DNA of 64,000 bases from a virus: the IMG/VR virus record IMGVR_UViG_3300020281_000010; one strand, 5' to 3'. Position numbers and translations under genes: made by a program. Every line of letters starts with the position of its first letter. Positions within the stretch are counted from its first letter, which is position 1. Of this stretch, positions 45,115 to 54,951 are shown piece by piece. The notes below the pieces were generated by a model. It saw nothing but the letters and a program-made list of their open reading frames with translations. It had not been told where the DNA came from and did no database searches.

Positions 45115-46203
45115 ATGTCCAGTTCAACTCTTTCACGTCAGCGTGGCGGACTCCTCTCAGGATGGGATGAGTTTTGTCAGTGGGTGACATCCGTTGACAA
45201 CCGCATCTATGTCGGTTGGTTCGGTGTTCTTATGATCCCTTGCTTGCTCGCCGCTGCTACTTGCTTCATTGTTGCATTCATCGCTGCTCCTCCTGTGGAC
45301 ATCGATGGAATCAGAGAACCTGTTGCAGGATCTCTTATGTATGGAAACAACATCATCTCTGGTGCTGTTGTCCCTAGTTCAAACGCTATCGGTCTTCACT
45401 TCTATCCTATCTGGGAAGCAGGAAGTCTAGATGAATGGTTGTATAACGGTGGTCCTTTCCAACTCGTTGTCTTCCACTTCCTTATTGGTATCACAGCATA
45501 CTGTGGTCGTCAGTGGGAACTTTCTTACCGTCTTGGTATGCGTCCTTGGATCTGTGTAGCATACTCTGCTCCAGTTTCAGCAGCATTCGCTGTGTTCTTG
45601 GTCTATCCTTTCGGTCAAGGTTCTTTCTCTGATGCTATGCCTCTTGGTATCTCAGGTACTTTTAACTATATGTTCGTGTTCCAAGCAGAGCACAACATCT
45701 TGATGCACCCATTCCATATGCTTGGAGTTGCAGGTGTATTCGGTGGTTCTCTATTCAGTGCTATGCACGGTTCTCTTGTTACTTCATCTCTTATCAGAGA
45801 GACTACTGAGCAAGAGTCACAGAACTACGGTTACAAGTTCGGTCAAGAAGAAGAGACTTACAACATCGTTGCCGCTCACGGTTACTTTGGTCGTTTGATC
45901 TTCCAATATGCTTCATTCAACAACTCACGTTCATTGCACTTCTTCCTTGCTGCATTCCCTGTGGTTTGCATCTGGTTCACTGCAATGGGTGTAAGTACAA
46001 TGGCATTCAACTTGAATGGTTTCAACTTTAACCAGTCAGTTGTAGATGCAGGTGGTAAAGTCATTCCTACTTGGGCAGACATCTTGAACAGAGCAGGTCT
46101 TGGTATGGAAGTTATGCACGAGCGTAACGCTCACAACTTCCCTCTCGATCTTGCTGCTGCTGAGTCTGTGCCTGTTGCACTGACTGCACCTTCAATCGGT
46201 TGA
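45115..46203 (+). CDS. psbA: Photosystem II D1 protein
   Basis: [41 protein letters not shown]; 362 aa, no intron. Confidence 0.99.
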   Translation: MSSSTLSRQRGGLLSGWDEFCQWVTSVDNRIYVGWFGVLMIPCLLAAATCFIVAFIAAPPVDIDGIREPVAGSLMYGNNIISGAVVPSSNAIGLHFYPIWEAGSLDEWLYNGGPFQLVVFHFLIGITAYCGRQWELSYRLGMRPWICVAYSAPVSAAFAVFLVYPFGQGSFSDAMPLGISGTFNYMFVFQAEHNILMHPFHMLGVAGVFGGSLFSAMHGSLVTSSLIRETTEQESQNYGYKFGQEEETYNIVAAHGYFGRLIFQYASFNNSRSLHFFLAAFPVVCIWFTAMGVSTMAFNLNGFNFNQSVVDAGGKVIPTWADILNRAGLGMEVMHERNAHNFPLDLAAAESVPVALTAPSIG

Positions 46204-46230
46204 TCTTCTCATTACATTATGATATTCTAT

Positions 46231-46254
46231 AGGGACCTTACGGTCCCTTTTTTT
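46231..46254 (+). terminator. Rho-independent terminator after psbA
   Basis: AGGGACC-TTAC-GGTCCCT + T run. Confidence 0.85.
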
Positions 46255-46506
46255 ATGCCTAAAAAACTGTGGGATGTCTGGAAGTATTCACTCGGAAGTT
46301 TCTCTGATGACAAAACTGAACAGTATGATAACTACATTGTGGTTGTACGGACCATTTTATTTCTCAGTTATCTTGTCACTAATTGTTTTATTATCAGCGG
46401 AGTCGTACGACATTGGAATCCCCCAGAACAAACCCCTAAATACCTAAACAAAGTGTCAGTAGATGAGCAACCTCTCGAACGATCATTGGTTCGAACGAAA
46501 TTGTGA
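46255..46506 (+). CDS. Hypothetical membrane protein
   Basis: WDVWKYSLGSFSD...FLSYLVTNCFIISGVVRHW. Confidence 0.7.
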   Translation: MPKKLWDVWKYSLGSFSDDKTEQYDNYIVVVRTILFLSYLVTNCFIISGVVRHWNPPEQTPKYLNKVSVDEQPLERSLVRTKL

Positions 46507-49500
46507 TCCCTCAGATGTAGAACAACAGGAACAACCTGTACAATCTGGGGGTGGAGGAACTGGTGCGCCTGGTGGTGCCCCCTCCCCTAACACACTGACA
46601 GCAGTAGTGGAGCAACTCCTTGGTCAATGTTATGGCGATCAAGGTACGTTGCAACCTAACAACTTCCCTGACTTAACGGAAGAACCACTACCACCTCCAA
46701 CGTATATCAGTTGGAAACCTATTTTAGATACCATCCTAGGACTAGGACTAGATGCACCTGATACAGGTGACATTTCTATCTCAGTCATTGATAATGAGGA
46801 TGAGAACTCTGGTGACGTGTGTACCTCACCAAAGGGAACAAATAATATGACTCGTGACACAGTAGATTGTGATGACGGAAAGAACCCTGACCTTGAGGAG
46901 TGTCTTCAGAATCATCTTGACTGTCACTTCAGACCTTATGTTGGTGGTGCTTGGAAACCACCTCAGGCAGACTGTGATTCCTTTGTACCTAAGGCATCAT
47001 ATGGAATGACCAATCAGGTATGTATTAGAAATTGTGTAACAGAGAGAGTACCTATATTTGAATACCTAAAAGGTATGGGTAACACAGGTGGTGCTGTGTT
47101 CAATGGACCCAATACAATCACAGTTAGTGGTAATACTTCACAGACAATCAGTTTAGAATTTCAATGGGATGATAACCCTCGTACATATGGCACTGCTGTA
47201 GATCAGATCTCAGTTGGTGGTGCTACGTTCACTAGAAATGGAGAGAAAGGAAAGATAACAACAGCAGTCACACTCTCACCTGGGGATTACTCTATTAGTT
47301 ACTCAGGACTATCTGGTTCTGGATACTCAGTTGATAATGATAAGAACTATGGTGACAATAAGTCTATTAAATTCTTAGACAATGATGGTAACGATGCTAA
47401 CGCAAGGTTCTCTATCCTAGGTAACAATAATATTGGTAGAGATCATCGTTACGGTAAGTTTGATATACCTACCAGTGGTTATCAGATGGGTGGTATCAGG
47501 TGGTACGGTAACCTTGTACCCTCTGGTACAGGACGTAGCGTCCCTGTCTATAGAACATTCTCATCATCCAGACAGGACACTCAGTTGTTGTCTGACCCTG
47601 CAGGTGAGGGCAGTGATCTAGATGCAGGTGGTTACCAACCACGTGATGAGGTTCTCTTCTATGGTTATAGAGAGGCAGAAGATATGATCTCAGAACTGAT
47701 GGAAGGTGAGGAACCTGCTGCTCTCCATCGTTACTATAGTTTTGAAGGTGAAGATCATAGGTACTCCATTGAACCACTTGGAAACGTAGCAAGAGCACCA
47801 AATCTCAAGAATAATATATTCAGGTTTGATACCCCTGCTGAGTCTAGACTCAAGATTACTTTGAATACACGACGTGGTAGTGCATCCTATGAAAATACTA
47901 TTGGATGGTACGTCACAGATGAAAACAATGTACCTATCTTTGGTCGTGTTCTTCTAAGCAACGCTACTGATTCCTCTGGTACATTCCATAGATCTATCCC
48001 TAAGGATGAGATCAATTCTTATATGCCCTGCAACCTTGGGTTCTTTATGATTCCTGATGGTAATAATGGTGGTGCATCTGATGGTCAGGACATCACATTC
48101 TCAGCACATAACAATCAATATGGTGCAGGATACACAACCAATCAGAACAGTCACCCTAGACAGAATGGATATGTATGGTTCTCAGACAGGAGACTGAACC
48201 CTGGCAAGAAAGATATGACCAAGTGGCCAGATGCTGTTTGGCAATACTGGGAGGACTTGTGGGATGGTGATGAAGATTATAATGACACTCGCCTATCATA
48301 TAGAGTAGGTTATGGTGACAGTGAGTATTACTATGAAGGTATTGAATGTTATGTCTTCGCTGAACCTGCAGCACCAGTCTTCGCATCTATAAACACTCAG
48401 GATGATTGCGAGAAGAAAGCATTTAAGGAAGGGTCATTTGCTGACGTGATGCTGACTCGTACTGAGTGTGGAAACTATTCAGAACATCCTAAGACAGGTG
48501 CTGACCAGTGGGAGTGTGGTAAATGTAAGGGTACCTATGCGAACAGTAGGAACAGAGTACAGAGAGTTACTGTTGCAAAATCTACAACACTCAGCATCAG
48601 ATCACACGGTGGTATGACTGCAGGTTATGGTGACTGTACTAAGTTCACTTGGCAACTAAAGTTAAATGGTTTTGTGATCTATGAAGAGACATCATTAGCA
48701 TCCGAGTGGAAAACTATTGGTGCTGTCTTACATACATTCCCTGTAGAGGCAGGAGATAAACTAGTATTCAAAATTAAATCCATTGACACAGGACATTACA
48801 ATGGAAAGACATCCCCTGCCTTTGCATTGAGGGACGAGAACGAAGGCACATATGTAAACACTTGGACTGTCAACTTGATCACACAGTCACATAGTTATGG
48901 AACTGATAGTAAGGATCAGGCAGAGGGACAACCACAATCAGGTCCTGACATTACTGAACCCTGTGGTCTTCCTATCAGTGGTGAGTTATTCATCTACGAG
49001 AATGATCCTAGTCAGGTCTTAGCAGGTAGACAAATGGCAGTGACTAAAGAAGACTACACAACTGTACTTACTAACAAGGTAGTCAATCAGTCAGCGAATG
49101 TCTTTGCTAATAATGCTGACAGAGGTGCAGATAGAATGAGATATATCAATGGTAAAGACATAGCATCTTATGACAATGGGTACATAGGATACGTTGATGT
49201 CGTTGCAAAGAATGACTTCGCAGTTAGACTCAAGTTCGAGATCGATCGTCCTACATCAGGTACTTACTTTGACTGGCACGATTATAAGGTTAGATGGTAT
49301 CTCGATAGTGTTGAGGACTGGGGTAGTGGTGGTTTCAAAGTTGGTGATGAGTTTGATTTGATCATCGATAACAATGAAGAGAACTATAATAAGAGGACTC
49401 GCACTTGGTATGGTCCTAAGTATGTGAAGTTAGGATTCAAAGTGACTGGGATCAATAGTGATCAGTGTCCTGACCCTGCTGAACTTCAAGGTAGGATTCA

Positions 49501-50143
49501 AGACATCGCTCTTGATAGTTACAGTGACCTCACAGTTCCTAGACAACCTGCAGCGATGGTGATAAACAACCAGAGCACCACTGGTAACGAGTATGCAGTC
49601 AATATGAATGAGATCTTCCAGAGTTTCTTCCTATATGAAAATGGTAATGCCACATCATTCCATCAGTATTGGATGGAACAAACTACTGCAGGTAATAATG
49701 TAGTCTTTAGGACAGATTATAGAGACAAAGGTGGACTGCATTTTAGACTGAAGATCAGAGTTACATTCCAAGATCATTATGATTCTGGTGATGCATATAA
49801 GTTTGACAAGTATGGATGGTTTGGTATGGTAAGTATCTCTGACGTATTTGATTATGGTAAGAGATATGATACTGAAGATGTAATTAATATTCAGTGGCCA
49901 CCTGCAGACCTACAGTATTCTGATGGTTCAGAAGCACAGTCACCGTACTACCCTAGTCAAACTAACCTACCGAAGAAAGTTCTTGTAAGGGATGCCACGA
50001 CTGGTAGGTATAAACGTAACGCTAGGATGGCACTGTACCAAAAGATGCACGACAAAACTAGTAACATATGGTATAGTAATAGGACGCCTTATCAACCCAC
50101 ACAGATAAGGAATTTCAACATCATCATTAAAGATACTGATTAA
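46463..50143 (+). CDS. Large beta-rich protein (1226 aa), probable virion/adhesin-like
   Basis: G/N/D/T/Y-rich, Cys clusters, YWEDLWDGDEDYND motif. Confidence 0.75.
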   Translation: MSNLSNDHWFERNCDPSDVEQQEQPVQSGGGGTGAPGGAPSPNTLTAVVEQLLGQCYGDQGTLQPNNFPDLTEEPLPPPTYISWKPILDTILGLGLDAPDTGDISISVIDNEDENSGDVCTSPKGTNNMTRDTVDCDDGKNPDLEECLQNHLDCHFRPYVGGAWKPPQADCDSFVPKASYGMTNQVCIRNCVTERVPIFEYLKGMGNTGGAVFNGPNTITVSGNTSQTISLEFQWDDNPRTYGTAVDQISVGGATFTRNGEKGKITTAVTLSPGDYSISYSGLSGSGYSVDNDKNYGDNKSIKFLDNDGNDANARFSILGNNNIGRDHRYGKFDIPTSGYQMGGIRWYGNLVPSGTGRSVPVYRTFSSSRQDTQLLSDPAGEGSDLDAGGYQPRDEVLFYGYREAEDMISELMEGEEPAALHRYYSFEGEDHRYSIEPLGNVARAPNLKNNIFRFDTPAESRLKITLNTRRGSASYENTIGWYVTDENNVPIFGRVLLSNATDSSGTFHRSIPKDEINSYMPCNLGFFMIPDGNNGGASDGQDITFSAHNNQYGAGYTTNQNSHPRQNGYVWFSDRRLNPGKKDMTKWPDAVWQYWEDLWDGDEDYNDTRLSYRVGYGDSEYYYEGIECYVFAEPAAPVFASINTQDDCEKKAFKEGSFADVMLTRTECGNYSEHPKTGADQWECGKCKGTYANSRNRVQRVTVAKSTTLSIRSHGGMTAGYGDCTKFTWQLKLNGFVIYEETSLASEWKTIGAVLHTFPVEAGDKLVFKIKSIDTGHYNGKTSPAFALRDENEGTYVNTWTVNLITQSHSYGTDSKDQAEGQPQSGPDITEPCGLPISGELFIYENDPSQVLAGRQMAVTKEDYTTVLTNKVVNQSANVFANNADRGADRMRYINGKDIASYDNGYIGYVDVVAKNDFAVRLKFEIDRPTSGTYFDWHDYKVRWYLDSVEDWGSGGFKVGDEFDLIIDNNEENYNKRTRTWYGPKYVKLGFKVTGINSDQCPDPAELQGRIQDIALDSYSDLTVPRQPAAMVINNQSTTGNEYAVNMNEIFQSFFLYENGNATSFHQYWMEQTTAGNNVVFRTDYRDKGGLHFRLKIRVTFQDHYDSGDAYKFDKYGWFGMVSISDVFDYGKRYDTEDVINIQWPPADLQYSDGSEAQSPYYPSQTNLPKKVLVRDATTGRYKRNARMALYQKMHDKTSNIWYSNRTPYQPTQIRNFNIIIKDTD

Positions 50144-50400
50144 TGGATTACTGGGATCGTCGCTTTCTTAAATCTAAAATGGAATTGGATGCTGTGAAAG
50201 GAGCACTCAAATCTGGAGACCAAAGAAAGGCGGCAAAGAAACTAAAGAAAATCCGTAAGTTCTTCAAATCTCCCCTTGGAGAGGTTGCTAGACTAGACGG
50301 TTCTCTATATAATGTTAAGGATTCAACACAGGAGGAACTCAATGAAGGACAAACAGATAAGGGGGATGACCCTGCTGATCGAGAGTCTCCACAAACCTGA
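50143..50400 (+). CDS. Hypothetical protein
   Basis: Coupled 85-aa ORF. Confidence 0.55.
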   Translation: MDYWDRRFLKSKMELDAVKGALKSGDQRKAAKKLKKIRKFFKSPLGEVARLDGSLYNVKDSTQEELNEGQTDKGDDPADRESPQT

Positions 50401-50515
50401 TCCTGCGTTGAGGAATTGTGCACATAATCAGGAGTGTTATCACGAACTCCTAGGGTACCGTGATGAGGTACTAGATTATTGCCACCGCCGTTTGAAGGAG
50501 ATCCAAAACCAATGA
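50342..50515 (+). CDS. Hypothetical protein
   Basis: MKDKQIRGMTLLIESLHKPD...; GGAGG RBS. Confidence 0.65.
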   Translation: MKDKQIRGMTLLIESLHKPDPALRNCAHNQECYHELLGYRDEVLDYCHRRLKEIQNQ

Positions 50516-50721
50516 TCAATCTCGATGAATACTATCACTCCTACCTCACTGACAAGGAAAAGAAGTTCTGCATTGATGGTGTTTACGAGTCTGTAGTCTC
50601 TTATGGGTATCACTGTGACGGATCTGACATTACTGGGCACTATGTGTTGACAGATAACTATCGTTTGGTGTATGATCGCTCTGGCGTTTTCAAATACAAG
50701 GAAAAGTGGTCGAGTGGTTGA
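50512..50721 (+). CDS. Hypothetical protein overlapping tRNA-Ser
   Basis: MINLDEYYHSYL...KEKWSSG*; AAGGAG RBS. Confidence 0.6.
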   Translation: MINLDEYYHSYLTDKEKKFCIDGVYESVVSYGYHCDGSDITGHYVLTDNYRLVYDRSGVFKYKEKWSSG

Positions 50722-50784
50722 TGGCATCGGTCTTGAAAACCGACGATGTGAGAGCATCCGTGGGTTCGAATCCCACCTTTTCCG
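50700..50784 (+). tRNA. tRNA-Ser(TGA), long variable arm, no encoded CCA
   Basis: GGAAAAG/CTTTTCC acceptor stem, TCGGT-CTTGAAA-ACCGA anticodon arm, GATG/CATC variable arm, GGTTCGAATCC. Confidence 0.95.
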
Positions 50785-50806
50785 TTACACAATGAAACAT
50801 TTTGTG

Positions 50807-50814
50807 TATAAATA
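50807..50814 (+). promoter_or_regulatory. T4-type late promoter
   Basis: TATAAATA. Confidence 0.7.
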
Positions 50815-50881
50815 ACCATTCGTGCTCGAAGCGCATCGTAAACACGAATTGTCCATTCTAATTTTAAGGAGTAAATTTTCA

Positions 50882-51250
50882 ATGATTAAAACTGCATTCG
50901 CTGCTCTTGCCGCAGCAACCGCTATTGCTGCCCCATCTGCATCCATTGCAGGACCCTACGTTAACGTAGAAACCAATGCGTCTTGGACTGGAGACGATTA
51001 CACTGGTGCAACCACAGATCTTCACGTGGGTTACGAGGGTACTACTGGCACTGCTTCATACTACGTGCAGGCAGGTCCTAGTTTGATCTCAACTGACGGT
51101 GCTGACGGTGACACTGAGTTCTCAGGTAAAGGCGGGATTGGTTTCGCTGTTTCTGAATCAGTCGGAGTGTACGGTGAGGTTTCTTTCTTGACAGATGAAG
51201 TTAAGGATACTGCCTTTGGTGGCAAACTTGGAGTTAAGTACGCATTCTAA
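50882..51250 (+). CDS. Small outer-membrane beta-barrel-like protein
   Basis: Signal peptide, alternating beta-strands, C-terminal GVKYAF. Confidence 0.75.
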   Translation: MIKTAFAALAAATAIAAPSASIAGPYVNVETNASWTGDDYTGATTDLHVGYEGTTGTASYYVQAGPSLISTDGADGDTEFSGKGGIGFAVSESVGVYGEVSFLTDEVKDTAFGGKLGVKYAF

Positions 51251-51274
51251 TTGTTTCGTACTATAATAGATACT

Positions 51275-51298
51275 AGGGAGCACTCGCTCCCTTTTTTA
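51275..51298 (+). terminator. Rho-independent terminator
   Basis: AGGGAGC-ACTC-GCTCCCT + T run. Confidence 0.8.
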
Positions 51299-51312
51299 TT
51301 CTCTGAAGACTG

Positions 51313-51555
51313 ATGCCGAACAACACTATTATCTACACTCGTGAAGGTTGTCCCTTCTGTGTTAAAATTAAAAAACTCTACGAGATGAAAGGATGGAAGT
51401 TTCAAGAACAGAAACTTGATGTAAACTTTACACGTCCACAATTCTGGGAAGAGTTTGGTCGCTCTGCTACATTCCCACAACTAATCGTAGATGGGAAAAG
51501 GACTGGTGGATGCAATGAAACCATCACACAGTTTAGATCCCAAGGTCTTCTATAA
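51313..51555 (+). CDS. nrdC: Glutaredoxin
   Basis: IYTREGCPFC, TFPQL, GGC. Confidence 0.9.
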   Translation: MPNNTIIYTREGCPFCVKIKKLYEMKGWKFQEQKLDVNFTRPQFWEEFGRSATFPQLIVDGKRTGGCNETITQFRSQGLL

Positions 51556-51618
51556 ATAAATCAGAGTTATAGGAGGTCTCTATCTTGCACCCTTTGTTCA
51601 CCTTACTTGGAGAGACCG

Positions 51619-51849
51619 ATGGTCACAGCATTATATGTCTTCGGAATTATCGGAGCATTCCTCATTGGAGGACTCGTATCTTGGACAGCGAAGGAATACG
51701 TTGATGCTTACATTGATAATGCAGCATACGCGAAGTCTATCGTTCATCCTGAGATGCTAGATGAAGATGGTAATGTAGATCAATCCGAACTACTTTACTT
51801 GCGATTCACGGATAATGATGATACACTAGACGCTGAAGATGACGACTGA
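51619..51849 (+). CDS. Hypothetical membrane protein
   Basis: N-terminal TM, HPEMLDEDG; TATAAATA at 51551-58. Confidence 0.7.
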   Translation: MVTALYVFGIIGAFLIGGLVSWTAKEYVDAYIDNAAYAKSIVHPEMLDEDGNVDQSELLYLRFTDNDDTLDAEDDD

Positions 51850-51852
51850 GTT

Positions 51853-52722
51853 ATGATCCTGGTCGATATGAATCAGGTAATGATCGCTAACCTGATGGTT
51901 AGTTTGACACAATCTGAAGAACTACAGGAAGGACTGGTTCGCCATATGATCCTTAACTCACTGCGAAATTATCGCCACGAGTTTCGGAAAGAGTACGGTG
52001 AATTAGTCCTTTGTTATGACAGTAAAAACTACTGGCGACGTGAATACTTTCCTTACTATAAAGGTACGAGGAAGAAGGATCGAGAGAAGTCTAAGCACAA
52101 CTGGAACAACATCTTTGAACTACTGAATAAACTTAAGGACGAGTTCAGAGAGTCACTTCCATATAAAGTTGTCGAGGTTGATGGTGCTGAGGCAGATGAC
52201 ATCATTGCAGTTATTGTTAAGGACCAAGGTCTGAAGAACATACGACTGCAAAACAATATGCAACCTGCTCAGAAGGTCTTAATTCTCTCTGGAGATAAAG
52301 ACTTCATCCAACTTCAACGCTTTAGATTTGTCACCCAGTACAATCCTTGTCTCAAGAAATATGTGAACGGTGTAGACCCTCACATCTACATCTCTGAGCA
52401 CATCCTCAAAGGCGATAGAAGCGATGGAATCCCTAACGTCCTATCAGATGACTCCTGCCTCACAGAAGGACGCAGACAGCGCCCTCTGGCACGTAAGAAG
52501 ATAGATGTCTGGGCACAGAACATTGACTACATCCCTGAGGAAAACAAAGCAAACTACGAGAGAAACAAAACTCTGATCGACTTTTCTTGTATCCCAAAAG
52601 AGGTGGAGGAAAAGATTATAGATACCTATGAGAGTTTTAATCCTCCTGCACGTAAATACGTGTGGAAGTATCTTGTAGACAACGAACTAAATGATTTGCT
52701 CCAACAGATCGGAGACTTTTAA
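51853..52722 (+). CDS. rnh: RNase H / 5'-3' exonuclease (T4 Rnh)
   Basis: ILVDMNQ, YKGTR, EADDII, SGDKDFIQL, GDRSDGIPN. Confidence 0.93.
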   Translation: MILVDMNQVMIANLMVSLTQSEELQEGLVRHMILNSLRNYRHEFRKEYGELVLCYDSKNYWRREYFPYYKGTRKKDREKSKHNWNNIFELLNKLKDEFRESLPYKVVEVDGAEADDIIAVIVKDQGLKNIRLQNNMQPAQKVLILSGDKDFIQLQRFRFVTQYNPCLKKYVNGVDPHIYISEHILKGDRSDGIPNVLSDDSCLTEGRRQRPLARKKIDVWAQNIDYIPEENKANYERNKTLIDFSCIPKEVEEKIIDTYESFNPPARKYVWKYLVDNELNDLLQQIGDF

Positions 52723-52724
52723 CT

Positions 52725-53171
52725 ATGGCATTCAAACTTATGATCTCAGAAATTCTGCAGAAAGCACACAACGCTAAGACAAAAGCAGAGAAGGTGAAAA
52801 TCCTTCAAGAAAATAATTCACAGGCACTCAGGTCTCTGTTCATCTGGAACTTTGATGAGAGTGTACAGTCTGTTGTACCCGAGGGTGATGTACCTTACAC
52901 ACCTAACGATGCACCTCAAGGCACAGAGCATACTCTTCTAGAGAAGGAAGGACGTAAGTTCTATTACTTTATCAAGGGTGGTGCTGAGAATATCCCTCGT
53001 ATGCAACGAGAGAATATGTTCATCCAAATGTGTGAAGGTTTGCACGCAGATGAAGCAAAGATCCTCTGTCTTGTAAAGGATAAGAAACTGCACAAGAAGT
53101 TTCGCATCACAAAAAATGTAGTGAGTGAAGCATTCCCATCAATTAACTGGGGAAATCGGGGTTCTGCCTGA
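52725..53171 (+). CDS. Conserved T4-like phage hypothetical protein
   Basis: LPEG/VPY..N.AP.G, RENMFIQMCEGLH..EA. Confidence 0.75.
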   Translation: MAFKLMISEILQKAHNAKTKAEKVKILQENNSQALRSLFIWNFDESVQSVVPEGDVPYTPNDAPQGTEHTLLEKEGRKFYYFIKGGAENIPRMQRENMFIQMCEGLHADEAKILCLVKDKKLHKKFRITKNVVSEAFPSINWGNRGSA

Positions 53172-53425
53172 TGAAGTTAATCAAAGAGAATGCACGTCCT
53201 GAGGACGCGAACAATCGCGACCTTCCTAACAATGCGTATCTTGTTAATTATCTTGACGAGAACGATCAACCAAAGTATGATATAGTGATGGGAGTACAGG
53301 TCAAAATCTTTGATCATTACTACGACAAGTACAAGAAAAAGTTCAAAGGATTTGAACAAACACAAGGAAGAATTTCACCTAAATTATGGAATCCAAACCC
53401 AGAGAAACCTGGAAAGAAAAAATGA
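53171..53425 (+). CDS. Hypothetical protein
   Basis: LPNNAYLV...YDIV...FDHYYD...GRISPKLW. Confidence 0.7.
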   Translation: MKLIKENARPEDANNRDLPNNAYLVNYLDENDQPKYDIVMGVQVKIFDHYYDKYKKKFKGFEQTQGRISPKLWNPNPEKPGKKK

Positions 53426-53652
53426 TCTATATGAGGGGACAAAAAGAAGAAACCCCTGAGGTCAAGAAACCAGAATACGAAGTCACCCCCGAGCAAGTTG
53501 GAAAGTTCATCGGAGTTTTCCTTCTCGGACCGCTACTTTTGATGGTATGTTGGAATGGTTTAATGCCTTACCTCTTTGGTCTAAAGACATTGAACTATCT
53601 CCACGCATTTTGTATGATTGTTATCACTAGGTTTATTACTAATGCCGACTGA
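53422..53652 (+). CDS. Hypothetical membrane protein
   Basis: PLLLMVCWNGLMPYLFGL. Confidence 0.65.
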   Translation: MIYMRGQKEETPEVKKPEYEVTPEQVGKFIGVFLLGPLLLMVCWNGLMPYLFGLKTLNYLHAFCMIVITRFITNAD

Positions 53653-54355
53653 CCCTACTAAGGTATGCCTAGTCTCTGTCACACCTGACGCTGAGAAGAC
53701 TATCGGTTATATCGCTCGCGTAAGCAACCCAAAGAATCAGGAGAACCCTAACGTAGCAGGACTCCTTAAGTATTGTATCAAGCACGGTCACTGGTCTGTG
53801 TTTGAGCAAGCAACTATGACTCTGGAAATCAGTACGACTAGAGCAATCGCTGCTCAAATCTTGAGACACAGGTCATTCACATTCCAAGAGTTTTCCCAAC
53901 GGTATGCTGATGCGTCACAGTTGGACAACAGAATTCCTATGTTTGAACTACGCAGACAGGATACTAAGAACAGACAGAATAGTATCGATGACGTTGACGA
54001 ATACACTAAGCAACGTTATGAAATCCTAGTTCAAAAACATTTTGATGAAGCGATGGATCTCTACAAGAAAATGGTAGATGATGGGATCGCAAAGGAGTGT
54101 GCAAGATTTGTGCTTCCACTCGCTACACCAACCAAAATCTATATGACAGGTAATCTTCGTAACTGGATTCATTATATTCAGTTGCGTGAGAAGAACGGTA
54201 CGCAACTAGAACACAAACGTATCGCTGACATCGTGAAGACACACTTCATCTGTCAGTTCCCTATCATTTCTAGTGCCCTTGACTGGTGTCCAGAGGAAGA
54301 CTGTGGATGCCCTGATGGGTGGGAAGATCTACAACCTTGCTTGAGGATTGACTGA
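53642..54355 (+). CDS. thyX: Flavin-dependent thymidylate synthase
   Basis: HWSVFE, QILRHRSFTFQEFSQRY, ARFVLP, GNLRNWIH. Confidence 0.95.
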   Translation: MPTDPTKVCLVSVTPDAEKTIGYIARVSNPKNQENPNVAGLLKYCIKHGHWSVFEQATMTLEISTTRAIAAQILRHRSFTFQEFSQRYADASQLDNRIPMFELRRQDTKNRQNSIDDVDEYTKQRYEILVQKHFDEAMDLYKKMVDDGIAKECARFVLPLATPTKIYMTGNLRNWIHYIQLREKNGTQLEHKRIADIVKTHFICQFPIISSALDWCPEEDCGCPDGWEDLQPCLRID

Positions 54356-54951
54356 TGACGATGGAAGTTATTCCATTGTTTTCATCTCCTCTTTACATTG
54401 ATAATGATGGTAAGATGCCTGACGTTACTGAACTAGCGTCAGGTTTTTCATACGAGAAAGTACCTAGTGGTGGAGCACTAACGCAATACCCTAACGTTCT
54501 TGCTAGAATGCCTAAAGAGTTTGTCGAATGGACAAACCACCACATCAAACAGTATGTGTATGCTATCCAAGGTATCAGTCAGAAGCACGACATCCAAGTT
54601 ACTAATTCTTGGATCAGTAAACTGAATGATGGTGAAGCAGCGGACTCCCACGATCATACTAATAGTATGTTTAGTGGTGTCATATTCCTTACAGCACCTG
54701 AGGGATCATCTGAATTGATCTTCAATAAGAATCAGTACAAGATGATCGAACCAGACATTGACAGTTGGAATATGTACAATAGTTCCCTATATAAAGTTAC
54801 CCCTCAACAAGGTATGATTTGTATTTTTCCCTCACATCTAGTACACTATGTGCCACAGGGTACAAATCTAACCCCACGAATGAGTCTCTCTTTTAATATT
54901 TTTATCAGAGGACTGTTCGGTATTCACACTAAATCTTTGGACCTCAGATAA
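54355..54951 (+). CDS. 2OG-Fe(II) oxygenase-like protein
   Basis: LFSSP, SWIS...HDHTNSMFSGVIF, IFPSHLVH, RMSLSFN. Confidence 0.85.
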   Translation: MTMEVIPLFSSPLYIDNDGKMPDVTELASGFSYEKVPSGGALTQYPNVLARMPKEFVEWTNHHIKQYVYAIQGISQKHDIQVTNSWISKLNDGEAADSHDHTNSMFSGVIFLTAPEGSSELIFNKNQYKMIEPDIDSWNMYNSSLYKVTPQQGMICIFPSHLVHYVPQGTNLTPRMSLSFNIFIRGLFGIHTKSLDLR

